Below, piece after piece: positions 19,430-28,216 of a stretch of DNA of 64,000 nt. This DNA comes from a virus. The notes under the pieces were generated by a model. The model was not told the origin of the DNA and ran no database searches. It worked only from the letters and a program-made list of their open reading frames with translations. The position numbers and the translations under genes are program-made. The stretch is from positions 13,540 through 77,539 of the IMG/VR virus record IMGVR_UViG_3300044611_002115, one strand, 5' to 3'. Numbering within the stretch: position 1 is the first letter of the stretch; each line of letters opens with the position of its first letter.

Positions 19430-19765
19430 ATGGTCGTCGGAGATGCACTAGCTTTCGGAATCGCCTCGGATGAGGCTTCACTCGTCACCCAAAAGGTCGG
19501 CGTCACAAACAAGTCGGAAAAGAAAGAGGCCAAGGACAAGAGCGGCATTGTCGTCGCGGTGTCCTACTACAACAAGACCTCCGACATTTCCATTGAGGGA
19601 CTCGGCACCTCTGCCCTCACCCCCGGCTCCGCGCTGAGCGTCGCAGGGGACTTTGACCTCGCGGGCGCGGCATTCGTTGACGAGTGCGGCGTGGAGCAGG
19701 CCAACGAGGACTTTGTGAAGTCCACCATCAAGGGCACTGCCTACGAAGGCATCACAGGCTCCTAA
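19430..19765 (+). CDS. Putative tail tube (major tail) protein
   Basis: Small beta-rich 111-aa ORF with GGAGAA RBS and biased codons, followed by a hairpin. Confidence 0.6.
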   Translation: MVVGDALAFGIASDEASLVTQKVGVTNKSEKKEAKDKSGIVVAVSYYNKTSDISIEGLGTSALTPGSALSVAGDFDLAGAAFVDECGVEQANEDFVKSTIKGTAYEGITGS

Positions 19766-19863
19766 CCCTTTTCCTGACCGCCTCCTTGGGGCGGGAGCGC
19801 CATACTCCCGCCCCGATTGGCAGTCCCCCACTGATATGACCCTTGCAACACAGCAAGTCCAAA

Positions 19864-20313
19864 ATGAGCGAGCCACAAGAACCTAAGAACAAGGTCGTCT
19901 CCGGCACGATCATCATTCACGTCCGCAACACGCAGCTCGCGGCATGCCTCATCTCCATCGGCGTCGCACTGCGCAATGACCCGCCCTACACCGTCAAGGA
20001 GCTGCCCAACGGCGAGCGCGTGACCACTTGGAACTTTGAGCCTAAGTCGCGCGACGGCATTCACCTCACGCAGGAGCTTATCAAGGCGTGGGTGCATGAA
20101 CCCAAGTGGAGCGAGGAGCATCCCACGCACCCGTTCACCTTCGCGCTGCACGCGCTCAAGAATTACAGGCAAATGGTGGAGCACATCCACAGCCAAAAGC
20201 CGTGGGTCGCCTACCTCTCGGAAACGGGGGTGCACACCATCTGGGTTATCAAGGGCAGCGAGCGCGAGCAAACGTGCATCGACCTCGGGCTGGAGCGCAT
20301 CGCTGGGGGCTGA
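19864..20313 (+). CDS. Hypothetical protein
   Basis: 149-aa ORF in the tail module. Confidence 0.7.
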   Translation: MSEPQEPKNKVVSGTIIIHVRNTQLAACLISIGVALRNDPPYTVKELPNGERVTTWNFEPKSRDGIHLTQELIKAWVHEPKWSEEHPTHPFTFALHALKNYRQMVEHIHSQKPWVAYLSETGVHTIWVIKGSEREQTCIDLGLERIAGG

Positions 20314-20321
20314 GAGCATTT

Positions 20322-20915
20322 ATGAAAAAGGACAAGGACATATTGGACATGGATAAGGACGGGGTAAAACCCGCTGGCAATCGCACAGAACGGCCCCCAG
20401 CGCCCTCCGCAGGGGATTCCCCCTCGCCTGACGCAGCCCCCACCCCCGCGCCTCCTACAGGAGCGGAGCTTGTGGAGAAGATAGGGAAGGCGGGGAGCGA
20501 GTCCCTGCTGGACTCCAAGCGCGCTGTCCGCGTGCGGGAGTTCAAGCTGCGCCCCGTGAACCTCGCATCCATTGAGCTGATGCGCACAATCAACAGCCCG
20601 CTCATCCTTGGGGTGAAGGTTGCTGACCCGCGCTCCCTACTTGGCGACGTGCTGGAGTTCATCATGCTGCACACGCTCACGGAGGAGGACGCCATCGACC
20701 ACGTGTTCCTCACGGCAGAGCAGCGCAGGCGGGCGGTGCTCAAGTGGAGCATGAACATTGAAATTGGCGACACGGAAGCGCTCGTCAACGACACCATCGG
20801 CGTGCTGGCTGGGGCAACGTCAACGCAGGTTAAGGGCCAGCCTCCCGCCTATGCTAAGGGCGGCGCGGACAGCAGCGTGGATGCGGTGATGGGAAAAAAG
20901 TCGGGAAACGAGTAA
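20322..20915 (+). CDS. Tail assembly chaperone (G)
   Basis: Ends ...GKKSGNE with slippery sites; lies upstream of the tape measure gene. Confidence 0.8.
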   Translation: MKKDKDILDMDKDGVKPAGNRTERPPAPSAGDSPSPDAAPTPAPPTGAELVEKIGKAGSESLLDSKRAVRVREFKLRPVNLASIELMRTINSPLILGVKVADPRSLLGDVLEFIMLHTLTEEDAIDHVFLTAEQRRRAVLKWSMNIEIGDTEALVNDTIGVLAGATSTQVKGQPPAYAKGGADSSVDAVMGKKSGNE

Positions 20916-21133
20916 GGCCACCTTGGCTGCAACGCCTAGTTGCATCTGTGGTGGCCGTTACAGGCCACGACGCGGACTACATCATTTGGAAGATGCCGCT
21001 GCGGCAGGTGTTCGTTTGGGAGCACGTGCATTTTGAGCAGAACGGCTGGACGTGCTACCCGCCGCAAGTGCGGGTGACACTGGAGGATGTGTGGGACGCG
21101 CTGGGCAAACCCAAGCGCACCAAAAAGGCTTGA
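20891..21133 (+). other. -1 programmed frameshift site and G-T extension of the tail chaperone
   Basis: G GGA AAA AAG and G GGA AAC heptamers at 20891-20909. The -1 frame is open to TGA at 21133 (…DYIIWKMPL…). Confidence 0.8.
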
Positions 21134-21170
21134 TTCCAAAGGGTGAACCAATCACAGTGAACCCACTGAT

Positions 21171-21413
21171 ATGACGCCCGCTAAATTTCCACAGCAGAAC
21201 ATCGTCTTTGCCAAAGACCAGCCGGAGTATAACCAGCTCCCCGCCTACAGGAATGAGAATGGTGAAGTGCTTGTGTGCTGGAAGCTCACGCTGCGCGAGC
21301 GCTTGCGCGTGCTGCTGGGCGGGCGCATCTGGCACCGCATGCTCACCTTCAACCAGCCCCTCCAACCGCAATACCTAACCACCATCAAAGAGGAGGTTCT
21401 GCCCCGTGTCTAA
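21171..21413 (+). CDS. Hypothetical protein
   Basis: 80 aa, FAKDQPEY..LPA...CWKLT.RER..VL..G.IW..MLTF..PLQP, a recurrent phage hypothetical pattern. Confidence 0.7.
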   Translation: MTPAKFPQQNIVFAKDQPEYNQLPAYRNENGEVLVCWKLTLRERLRVLLGGRIWHRMLTFNQPLQPQYLTTIKEEVLPRV

Positions 21414-23391
21414 TCCAGCCGTCACAATCGACTTCCTTGCTAACATGGAGAACTTTAGCAAGGGGCTTTCCCAAGTCACGGGGAAGCTGGAGCAAATGGC
21501 TATTACAGGGGCGAGCGGTGCGGGGGGCATTGGTGCGCTTGGCGGAGCCTTGGGCGGCATTATGATGGCAGCAGCTCCGCTCATTGCAACTGTTGCAGGC
21601 GTTGCCGCAGCCATTGGCACAGTTGGCTTGGCTATGGACAAGGCGGCGCAGAAGCAGACGCTCTTGAAACAGTTTGAGCTAATCATGGGGAGCGCGGAGG
21701 AAGCAAAAAAGCGCGTCAACGAAATTGAGGACTTGGCACCCAACACAGTTTTCAGCGAGGATCAATTAGTCGCCGCGTCCGCAGCCATGACCAAGCTGGG
21801 CGGCAACGCGGCGGGCAGTGCGGAGAACGTCATGCTGGTGGGCGACGCTGCCGCCGCATTAGGCCCAGAAAAATTTAATGAGCTGACGGAGAGCGTGGCG
21901 CGTGTAAAGGCGGGGCTTTCGGGCGGGCTACCTTTGGGGCGCTCCCTTATCTCCCTCGCCATGATGGGCGCGCTTTCTGGGGACACGGTTAAGAAGCTGA
22001 ATGACATGAAGAAGGCGGGGGCGTCTGGGGACAGCATGTGGGCGGTGGCGCAAAAGGACTTGGCACGCTTCGACGGGTCTATGAAGAAGATGGCGGAGGG
22101 CACGTTTGCCGGAGCCATGCAATCTCTCGGCACAGCCATTGGCGGCGCATTTGAGGACATACTCGAAAGCGTAGGCATGCCCATCATTGAGGCGCTAACC
22201 CCAGCCATTGTCGCCGTTAAGAATTGGGTGATGGAGGTGAAGCCTATGGTGCTCGGATTCATTGACGGCATAAAGGACGGCGTTTCCACAGTCATAAACC
22301 TTTTCACCAGCGGGGGCATCACAGAGGCGTTCTGGCTCGCGCTGCAAGTGGGCGCAGCGGGAGCGGTGGAGTGGCTGCTGGGCGCGCTCATTACTGTGTT
22401 CCAAACAGCCGTTGAGGTGCTGACCATGCGCATCATGCGGCTGGGCGACCCCTCCTACTGGACTTCCATGCTGCAAATCTTTGGCTCCATCCCCACCATG
22501 ATTCTCGGCGCGCTGGGCATGCTTGGGAGCGTGCTGCTGCAAACGCTGTCCGGCCCGCTGGACTTCCTCGCCGCCAGCATGCAGTGGATTGGCGGCATAC
22601 TCACGGACGCTCTCTACAGCGCGGGCATGGGACTCAAGGGCATCCTGCTGGACGCCGCGCTTCTCATAATGAACAAAATGGCGGACATCAGCGCTAAGGT
22701 CGGCATCGACCTCACGGGCGCAGTCACGTCACTGGAGAACGCTAAGAAGGAGCACCAGCAGCAGACGAGCCTTGGGGTTGGCGGCACGGCGGAGTCCTTT
22801 GCGGAAAAGATGCAGGGCGTAAAGGACAAGGGCGGCGTGTTGGGCATGGCGGGTGTTGACCCAGAGAAGTCTTTCCAAGCAAGCGAGCAGGTCGTCAAGG
22901 CGGGCTGGGACATGGGCGCTGCTGGGCTTAGCACGCAGGCCAAGCAGCTTGGGGAGGATGTGGTTGCACCCATCAAGGACAATTTCGACAACATGAAGCC
23001 CGTGGAAATTTATGACACGGACGCACAAGCCACACGGCTCAAAAGCATGTGGGAGGAGGCTAAGCCCAAGGACAAGGATCAGGCGGGAGGCAAAGAAAAG
23101 AAGCCTGATGCTGCAACTGTTGCAGCGGAGGCGGCAGTGGTTGCCGACAGCCTAACGTCCATTGGCGGGGGCGGGGGCATAGCGGGCATGGGCGCGGGCG
23201 TAGGCATGACGCCCGTGGAGGAGCAGACCGCTGCCGTAACCACGCAGACCGCACTCGTGCAGGAACAGACAAGCGTGCAGGGGCAAATCCTCGGCGTCCT
23301 GACGGCGAGCAAGGCGCTGCTGGAAGCTATTGTGCAAAACACCAAACAAGGCGGCGGGGGCGGGGGCGGCTTAACTGTGGAGGCAACTTAA
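21406..23391 (+). CDS. Tail tape measure protein
   Basis: 661 aa, Ala/Gly-rich helical, GS.EEAK...F...QLV.A...VGD.AA pattern. Confidence 0.88.
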   Translation: MSNPAVTIDFLANMENFSKGLSQVTGKLEQMAITGASGAGGIGALGGALGGIMMAAAPLIATVAGVAAAIGTVGLAMDKAAQKQTLLKQFELIMGSAEEAKKRVNEIEDLAPNTVFSEDQLVAASAAMTKLGGNAAGSAENVMLVGDAAAALGPEKFNELTESVARVKAGLSGGLPLGRSLISLAMMGALSGDTVKKLNDMKKAGASGDSMWAVAQKDLARFDGSMKKMAEGTFAGAMQSLGTAIGGAFEDILESVGMPIIEALTPAIVAVKNWVMEVKPMVLGFIDGIKDGVSTVINLFTSGGITEAFWLALQVGAAGAVEWLLGALITVFQTAVEVLTMRIMRLGDPSYWTSMLQIFGSIPTMILGALGMLGSVLLQTLSGPLDFLAASMQWIGGILTDALYSAGMGLKGILLDAALLIMNKMADISAKVGIDLTGAVTSLENAKKEHQQQTSLGVGGTAESFAEKMQGVKDKGGVLGMAGVDPEKSFQASEQVVKAGWDMGAAGLSTQAKQLGEDVVAPIKDNFDNMKPVEIYDTDAQATRLKSMWEEAKPKDKDQAGGKEKKPDAATVAAEAAVVADSLTSIGGGGGIAGMGAGVGMTPVEEQTAAVTTQTALVQEQTSVQGQILGVLTASKALLEAIVQNTKQGGGGGGGLTVEAT

Positions 23392-23392
23392 T

Positions 23393-24112
23393 ATGGCATC
23401 GGAACCTATCTGGAACGGCGCGGACTTGGCAGGCTATCTGCTTGAGGGCGTAGAGTCGGAGATTAACATAGACGTGAAGGGCGTAGCGACAGGCTCGTGC
23501 GCCTATAGCTGCAAATGGGCAAACGCAATCGCGCTGGCGGGCGCAGTAACCTGCCACCCAGACTTCAACTTCCTCCCCACCAAGAGCATTAAAATAACCC
23601 GCGAGGAGGCGGGGATGGCTAAGGTGACTGTTACTTTTGAGGGCATTGACCCAGACAAGGTGGACAACGAAAGTGTGCCCAAGGTTTACTCCTTGCAGGC
23701 CACGGTGTCCACGGAGCCTATTGAGACGCACCCAGATTTTGTGGAGAAGATTGGTGGAACCCCAGACGCGCCTTTGTTCAACGCGGAGTTTGACGAGGCG
23801 GGCAAGTTCAAAGGGTTTCCCGCTGTGCTTGCGGACGGCACGACGCAGAATCCAAAGGCTGGGATTAAGAGCTACCAATGCCCCTCGGTTGTTTACTCCT
23901 TGGAATACACGACCAACTCCACAGCGGACGCCCTTAACGACGTGGGCAAAATCAGCTCCCCTCCATCCAGCGCCATGCTCCCATCAGCAGCGGGGAGGAA
24001 CTGGCTTTTCCTTGGCGGCACAGCTACCAAGAAGGGCAACGCAATTTCCGTGAAAAAGAGCTGGAAGCTGAGCGGGCCTCGGCAGTGGGACAGCGACATC
24101 TACGGGGACTGA
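23393..24112 (+). CDS. Tail tip/distal tail protein
   Basis: Follows the tape measure gene; EPIETHPDF motif. Confidence 0.65.
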   Translation: MASEPIWNGADLAGYLLEGVESEINIDVKGVATGSCAYSCKWANAIALAGAVTCHPDFNFLPTKSIKITREEAGMAKVTVTFEGIDPDKVDNESVPKVYSLQATVSTEPIETHPDFVEKIGGTPDAPLFNAEFDEAGKFKGFPAVLADGTTQNPKAGIKSYQCPSVVYSLEYTTNSTADALNDVGKISSPPSSAMLPSAAGRNWLFLGGTATKKGNAISVKKSWKLSGPRQWDSDIYGD

Positions 24113-24120
24113 TAAACCTT

Positions 24121-24768
24121 ATGAAGCTCCCAACCTTTAAGAGCAGCCACGAGGGCATAGGGAGCGCCCTAAACACTTTGGCACGCGCCATTGAGGAGTG
24201 CTACCATCGGGGCACAGTCAACTTGGGCGGAAACCTAATGGGGACGCAGGGGCCGGATGGAATAACCATTGAGGGCTGGGGCGGGGAGAGCGGATCAACA
24301 GCGTCAGTCCATGCGCCTTGGGATATTTTCTCATTGGTTGGAGTAGGGACACCGAACCCAGAAACAGGGAAGTATTCTAATTACAAAGCGAAGGTGTGGC
24401 CGGGAACCCTGAACGGCTACCTCCCAACGAACGCCACTTCCGAAACGGGGCTTACGGAGTTCACGATCAGCGGAAGCGCCACGACCATATTTAAGGTTCG
24501 GGCTGCGACTGACGGCAAAGAAATACAAACCCTGCTCATCGTCGCGGACGAAGCGCAGCCTGCCCCCCAAGTTCCTGCCGCAAACGCCATGCCCTCAGCG
24601 TTTGAGGCAGTGTTTGCTATAGTTGACGACGGGGTGGTATATCGCACGATAGGGGGAGGGAACCTTACAGCCACCGCGAACAAGTTGTTTGTGACAGATA
24701 AAACTACGACACCCACCTTCGGGCAGCTTGCTTATACTGCCTACTACATCTGGACGGTGGAGGGCTAG
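24121..24768 (+). CDS. Tail tip protein
   Basis: Beta-rich ORF in the tail-tip position. Confidence 0.6.
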   Translation: MKLPTFKSSHEGIGSALNTLARAIEECYHRGTVNLGGNLMGTQGPDGITIEGWGGESGSTASVHAPWDIFSLVGVGTPNPETGKYSNYKAKVWPGTLNGYLPTNATSETGLTEFTISGSATTIFKVRAATDGKEIQTLLIVADEAQPAPQVPAANAMPSAFEAVFAIVDDGVVYRTIGGGNLTATANKLFVTDKTTTPTFGQLAYTAYYIWTVEG

Positions 24769-24772
24769 GCAG

Positions 24773-26866
24773 ATGAACGTCTTTGAATACACGATCCCCG
24801 CGACAGTCCAACAGCCTGCGGGTAACGCCTCCAGCATCACCTACGAGTTCAAAAGCACCAAGACGAATTCTGACAGTTGGAGGTGGGCGGATTCCAATGC
24901 CGACTCTGGGTGGACGACAAGCTCTGAGAGGGGGGGGACGTGGGGAGGAACCACCCATTCGACAGAATGGACAGACTGCTACGGCAACAAGGGAACGTCT
25001 TGCATAGTCGCGGAAACCGAAAGCAGCAGTTCTTCTATTGGGCGCTCTTACGCCGGTTCCCCGTCCAACTCTAATGGCTCTCAGCACAATCGGAACTACG
25101 GGGCAACAGACGTTTCGTATATCAGCTACACAAAACAGGGAGGGAACAGCAGCACCTCAGAGGCAGGGGCCGATGCTGTAGATGGGGTAAACACTCCTTT
25201 CAACAACGGGGACGGCGATGCTTGGGAGTCCACCGTTTCCTTTTCCTACCACAAGGCAGAGAAAGCCAACTCTGCATACATACATGGGGTGGTGGGTCTT
25301 TCCACGAAGACTTACAGGTCCTCGAACAGTGGGGAGGAAGGATGGCCGACTGCTATTCCCCCATCCTATGTTTGCGGTTCTTCCTACACTCGCACCGCGC
25401 TCACGTTCACTAACGGGTGGTTGCAGGAGACCGTATCTTCGTTCACGTTCACCAAATCAACCACCACATCCACGGCGAGTGGCAGTGGAACAAACACATG
25501 GACGACGACCAAGGAAACAACCACAACCAGAAATAGTTCTTGGAGCTATTATCCAGATGGCGCGACTTACTGCACGAGCGGGGGTGGGACAAAGAGCAGG
25601 ACGGACAACGTGAATTACATAGGGGAAGCCGCAGGGACATCTTCGGCATTAGGGAGCAGCAATCAAACAGTGAAGGTGGTTAGCGGAGATGGAGGCTCCT
25701 CTTTTTTGGTGGCAGCGGAACATGAGCCGCAGACCCTTGCAGAGTTAAAAGACCCCAGAACGTTCCTTAATCTGACAGATCAACTGACCTATGGGGTCAC
25801 AAGCTCGACAAAGCTGGGGACGATCTATACCGTGGCTGACAATGATGCCTTCGCCCTCCTCAGTTATGAAGTCCCGGCATGGACGTATGAGAGCACCTCA
25901 TCTTCGGGAGGCACAAGGGAAAGCTCCTACACTCTTGGCGGGTGGGGTCGGGTGCCTGCCTCGACAGCAGCCTATACCCGCGCAGAGCACACACGGTCCA
26001 CTTGGCTGACCACCCTCACCTCAGAGGCTTCGTATTCCGGCATCGGAGCCACTACAGCAACAAGGGAAGCAACCTCTATGGCTTGGTCGGACAATATAAA
26101 TCCAGTTACCTATTCACAGACTGACGTGCTGCCTGTTTCCACCACCAGCAACATACTCACGGCTACAGAATCGAATGAGGGACGAGGAAGCACAACAAGC
26201 AGGGGGTTCTCTGTCACGGACTGCACCACCTTCCTGCCGAACGCATTTTCGAGGGATCTTGACAGAGACTTGTCGATTGTGGTGAGCGAACAACTTGACC
26301 ATGGGGCCAATGCTCCCGCCTCTTCGATAAACACTGCGCGTATGTATATTTCGGGTAACATCGGGACCACGCTTACGGTTGAGACTATGGCCTCTATCTC
26401 GAATGGAATCCTTGCACTCATCCCATGGCCGACAACATCATGGACATCAGGCAGCAGTTCGTGGGGTATGTCCATCAATGGCAGATCACTAAGCTGGGGG
26501 AAAACGGAGGCGTTCACTAAATCATCCAACCCCTCCGATCCTTCGACGCTATCCACAACGAGCGCCAGCAGCAGCGGATTGCTTTCTGATGCAGGGACGA
26601 ACGGCGGCACGAAGACGGGCAATGTTTTCAGCAGCGTGATTAATGGAAAGATGACCGCCACTTTCGGGTTCGGCTTGTGGGCGGCACTAAAAACGAATTC
26701 TACGGGCGGAACAGTAGAGGCGTTGTCCTTTTCAAACAAAAGCCAAGGAGTCACGACCACCTTGGCTTCCCCAGAATACTTTTCCTTCGCAGGCGCGGTT
26801 CAAGATACAGGGCTTGCGTGGGAGGAAACACCCAACTACATCTCAGTAGAAGTAGAAGAACTATGA
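24773..26866 (+). CDS. Ser/Thr-rich tail/receptor-binding protein
   Basis: About 697 aa, extremely S/T/G-rich, with lower GC than flanks. Confidence 0.7.
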   Translation: MNVFEYTIPATVQQPAGNASSITYEFKSTKTNSDSWRWADSNADSGWTTSSERGGTWGGTTHSTEWTDCYGNKGTSCIVAETESSSSSIGRSYAGSPSNSNGSQHNRNYGATDVSYISYTKQGGNSSTSEAGADAVDGVNTPFNNGDGDAWESTVSFSYHKAEKANSAYIHGVVGLSTKTYRSSNSGEEGWPTAIPPSYVCGSSYTRTALTFTNGWLQETVSSFTFTKSTTTSTASGSGTNTWTTTKETTTTRNSSWSYYPDGATYCTSGGGTKSRTDNVNYIGEAAGTSSALGSSNQTVKVVSGDGGSSFLVAAEHEPQTLAELKDPRTFLNLTDQLTYGVTSSTKLGTIYTVADNDAFALLSYEVPAWTYESTSSSGGTRESSYTLGGWGRVPASTAAYTRAEHTRSTWLTTLTSEASYSGIGATTATREATSMAWSDNINPVTYSQTDVLPVSTTSNILTATESNEGRGSTTSRGFSVTDCTTFLPNAFSRDLDRDLSIVVSEQLDHGANAPASSINTARMYISGNIGTTLTVETMASISNGILALIPWPTTSWTSGSSSWGMSINGRSLSWGKTEAFTKSSNPSDPSTLSTTSASSSGLLSDAGTNGGTKTGNVFSSVINGKMTATFGFGLWAALKTNSTGGTVEALSFSNKSQGVTTTLASPEYFSFAGAVQDTGLAWEETPNYISVEVEEL

Positions 26867-27957
26867 TTGCTATCACTACCGCCGCTACTAAGTCCTATCT
26901 CCACGCTTTCCCGCAGTGCATTCGTTCGATTGCTGCCGCTGCTGCGCACCACGAAAAAGCTCACTTCATTTTTGCCACGGATGACAGCAAGGAAACCAAG
27001 GGTGCGGAGGAGATGCTTCGTCAGGAGCTTCCTGCTGGGTGGGAAATCACCACAATCCGAATGAAGGGGATGGACGACGACTCGAAGGATTACAAACATA
27101 ATGCCCAGCTTCGGATAGCTGCCCTTCAAGGAACGGCCTTTCATTGCGCCCGCGCCAAGGTTAGGGCGGACATGCTGTGGAGCGTGGAGAGTGACAACAT
27201 TGTTCCGGCCAACGCGCTGCGTGTGCTGGAGTGGACGCTGGGCATGCCGCAGGCGGACGGGACGCCCTACTACGACATCGCTGCGGCGACGTATCCCAAC
27301 GGCCTTTTCCTCGGCGGGTTTGGCACGCCGCAGAACCCCATCGCGGAGGACTTCCTGCCGCACGAGCGGGCGCTCCCCGCGAGGCTGCGCCTTTGCTTGG
27401 AGGCGTGCCAGCGCAGGCTGGACGCACAGCAGGTCGAGCACAGCGCCAAGCGCCCCGTCCCTGTTAAGGGCATGGAGCGGGAGGCCAAGCGCCTACACCG
27501 CCTCAAGGAGCGCAGCAAGAAGCACAGCCCAGACGGGAACATTTGGCAGGTCACTGCAAAGCACGGCTGGCGCAGGCGCGGGTGGATGGACTACGCGTAT
27601 CCGGGCATAGGCGAGGGCAGTGTTGTGCCGTCCGATTGGTGCGGGCTGGGGTGCACGCTAATGAGCAAGCGCGCGCTCGCCCTCGCGGACTTCTCCGGCT
27701 ACGACGGCGGCGGGACGCAAGACCTTTTCCTGTGCTGGCAGCGCTGGCATCCGGCAGGGCTGCGCCTTGCCTGCGTCCCTCACGTGGCGTGCGATCACGT
27801 GAAGCGCGAGAAGCGCAAGGTGAAGGAGAAGGACAAGGACGGGAAGGACGTGGAGGTGGAGCGGGACGTGGTGACGCACCACCGCGCCTACCACGAGCAA
27901 GACCCAGACTACAGGGGCCACCTGCGCGTGCGCTCCCAGCCGTGGGTTCCCGTGTAG
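26863..27957 (+). CDS. GT-A fold glycosyltransferase
   Basis: LWSVESD (DxD-like), DWCGLGCTLM, TQDLFLC, CDHV. Confidence 0.7.
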   Translation: MIAITTAATKSYLHAFPQCIRSIAAAAAHHEKAHFIFATDDSKETKGAEEMLRQELPAGWEITTIRMKGMDDDSKDYKHNAQLRIAALQGTAFHCARAKVRADMLWSVESDNIVPANALRVLEWTLGMPQADGTPYYDIAAATYPNGLFLGGFGTPQNPIAEDFLPHERALPARLRLCLEACQRRLDAQQVEHSAKRPVPVKGMEREAKRLHRLKERSKKHSPDGNIWQVTAKHGWRRRGWMDYAYPGIGEGSVVPSDWCGLGCTLMSKRALALADFSGYDGGGTQDLFLCWQRWHPAGLRLACVPHVACDHVKREKRKVKEKDKDGKDVEVERDVVTHHRAYHEQDPDYRGHLRVRSQPWVPV

Positions 27958-28016
27958 CACGAACTCGCGCCCACACACGGGGCGGACTTCCCTGCGCAGC
28001 GCTGCACGAAGTTGCA

Positions 28017-28103
28017 CTGCGCGAATGTAGCTGAATGCCGCTGCGTGCATGTAGCCGATTCCCTGCGTGTGTATGTAGCTGATTTCCGCTGCAACAGTTG
28101 CAG
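28017..28103. repeat. Imperfect 22-26-bp tandem repeat ending in the TGCAAC palindrome
   Basis: CTGCG..ATGTAGC(T/C)GA(A/T)T..C three times, then CTGCAACAGTTGCAG. Confidence 0.75.
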
Positions 28104-28112
28104 TCGTTCCCG

Positions 28113-28156
28113 TCAAAATTCAGTGTTGACAATGAATCTGCAAAACTGCACAATCT
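28113..28156 (+). promoter_or_regulatory. Phage promoter; 38-bp exact duplicate of 38365-38402
   Basis: TCAAAATTCAGTGTTGACAATGAATCTGCAAAACTGCA. Confidence 0.85.
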
Positions 28157-28216
28157 GCCCCGCGTCGTGGAAACGCGGCGCAAGAAACAACACAACCAAG
28201 GAAGACCAAAAACACC

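Noticed and set aside
28017-28103. Mini-CRISPR array
   Set aside because: Units are contiguous and degenerate, with no unique spacers.
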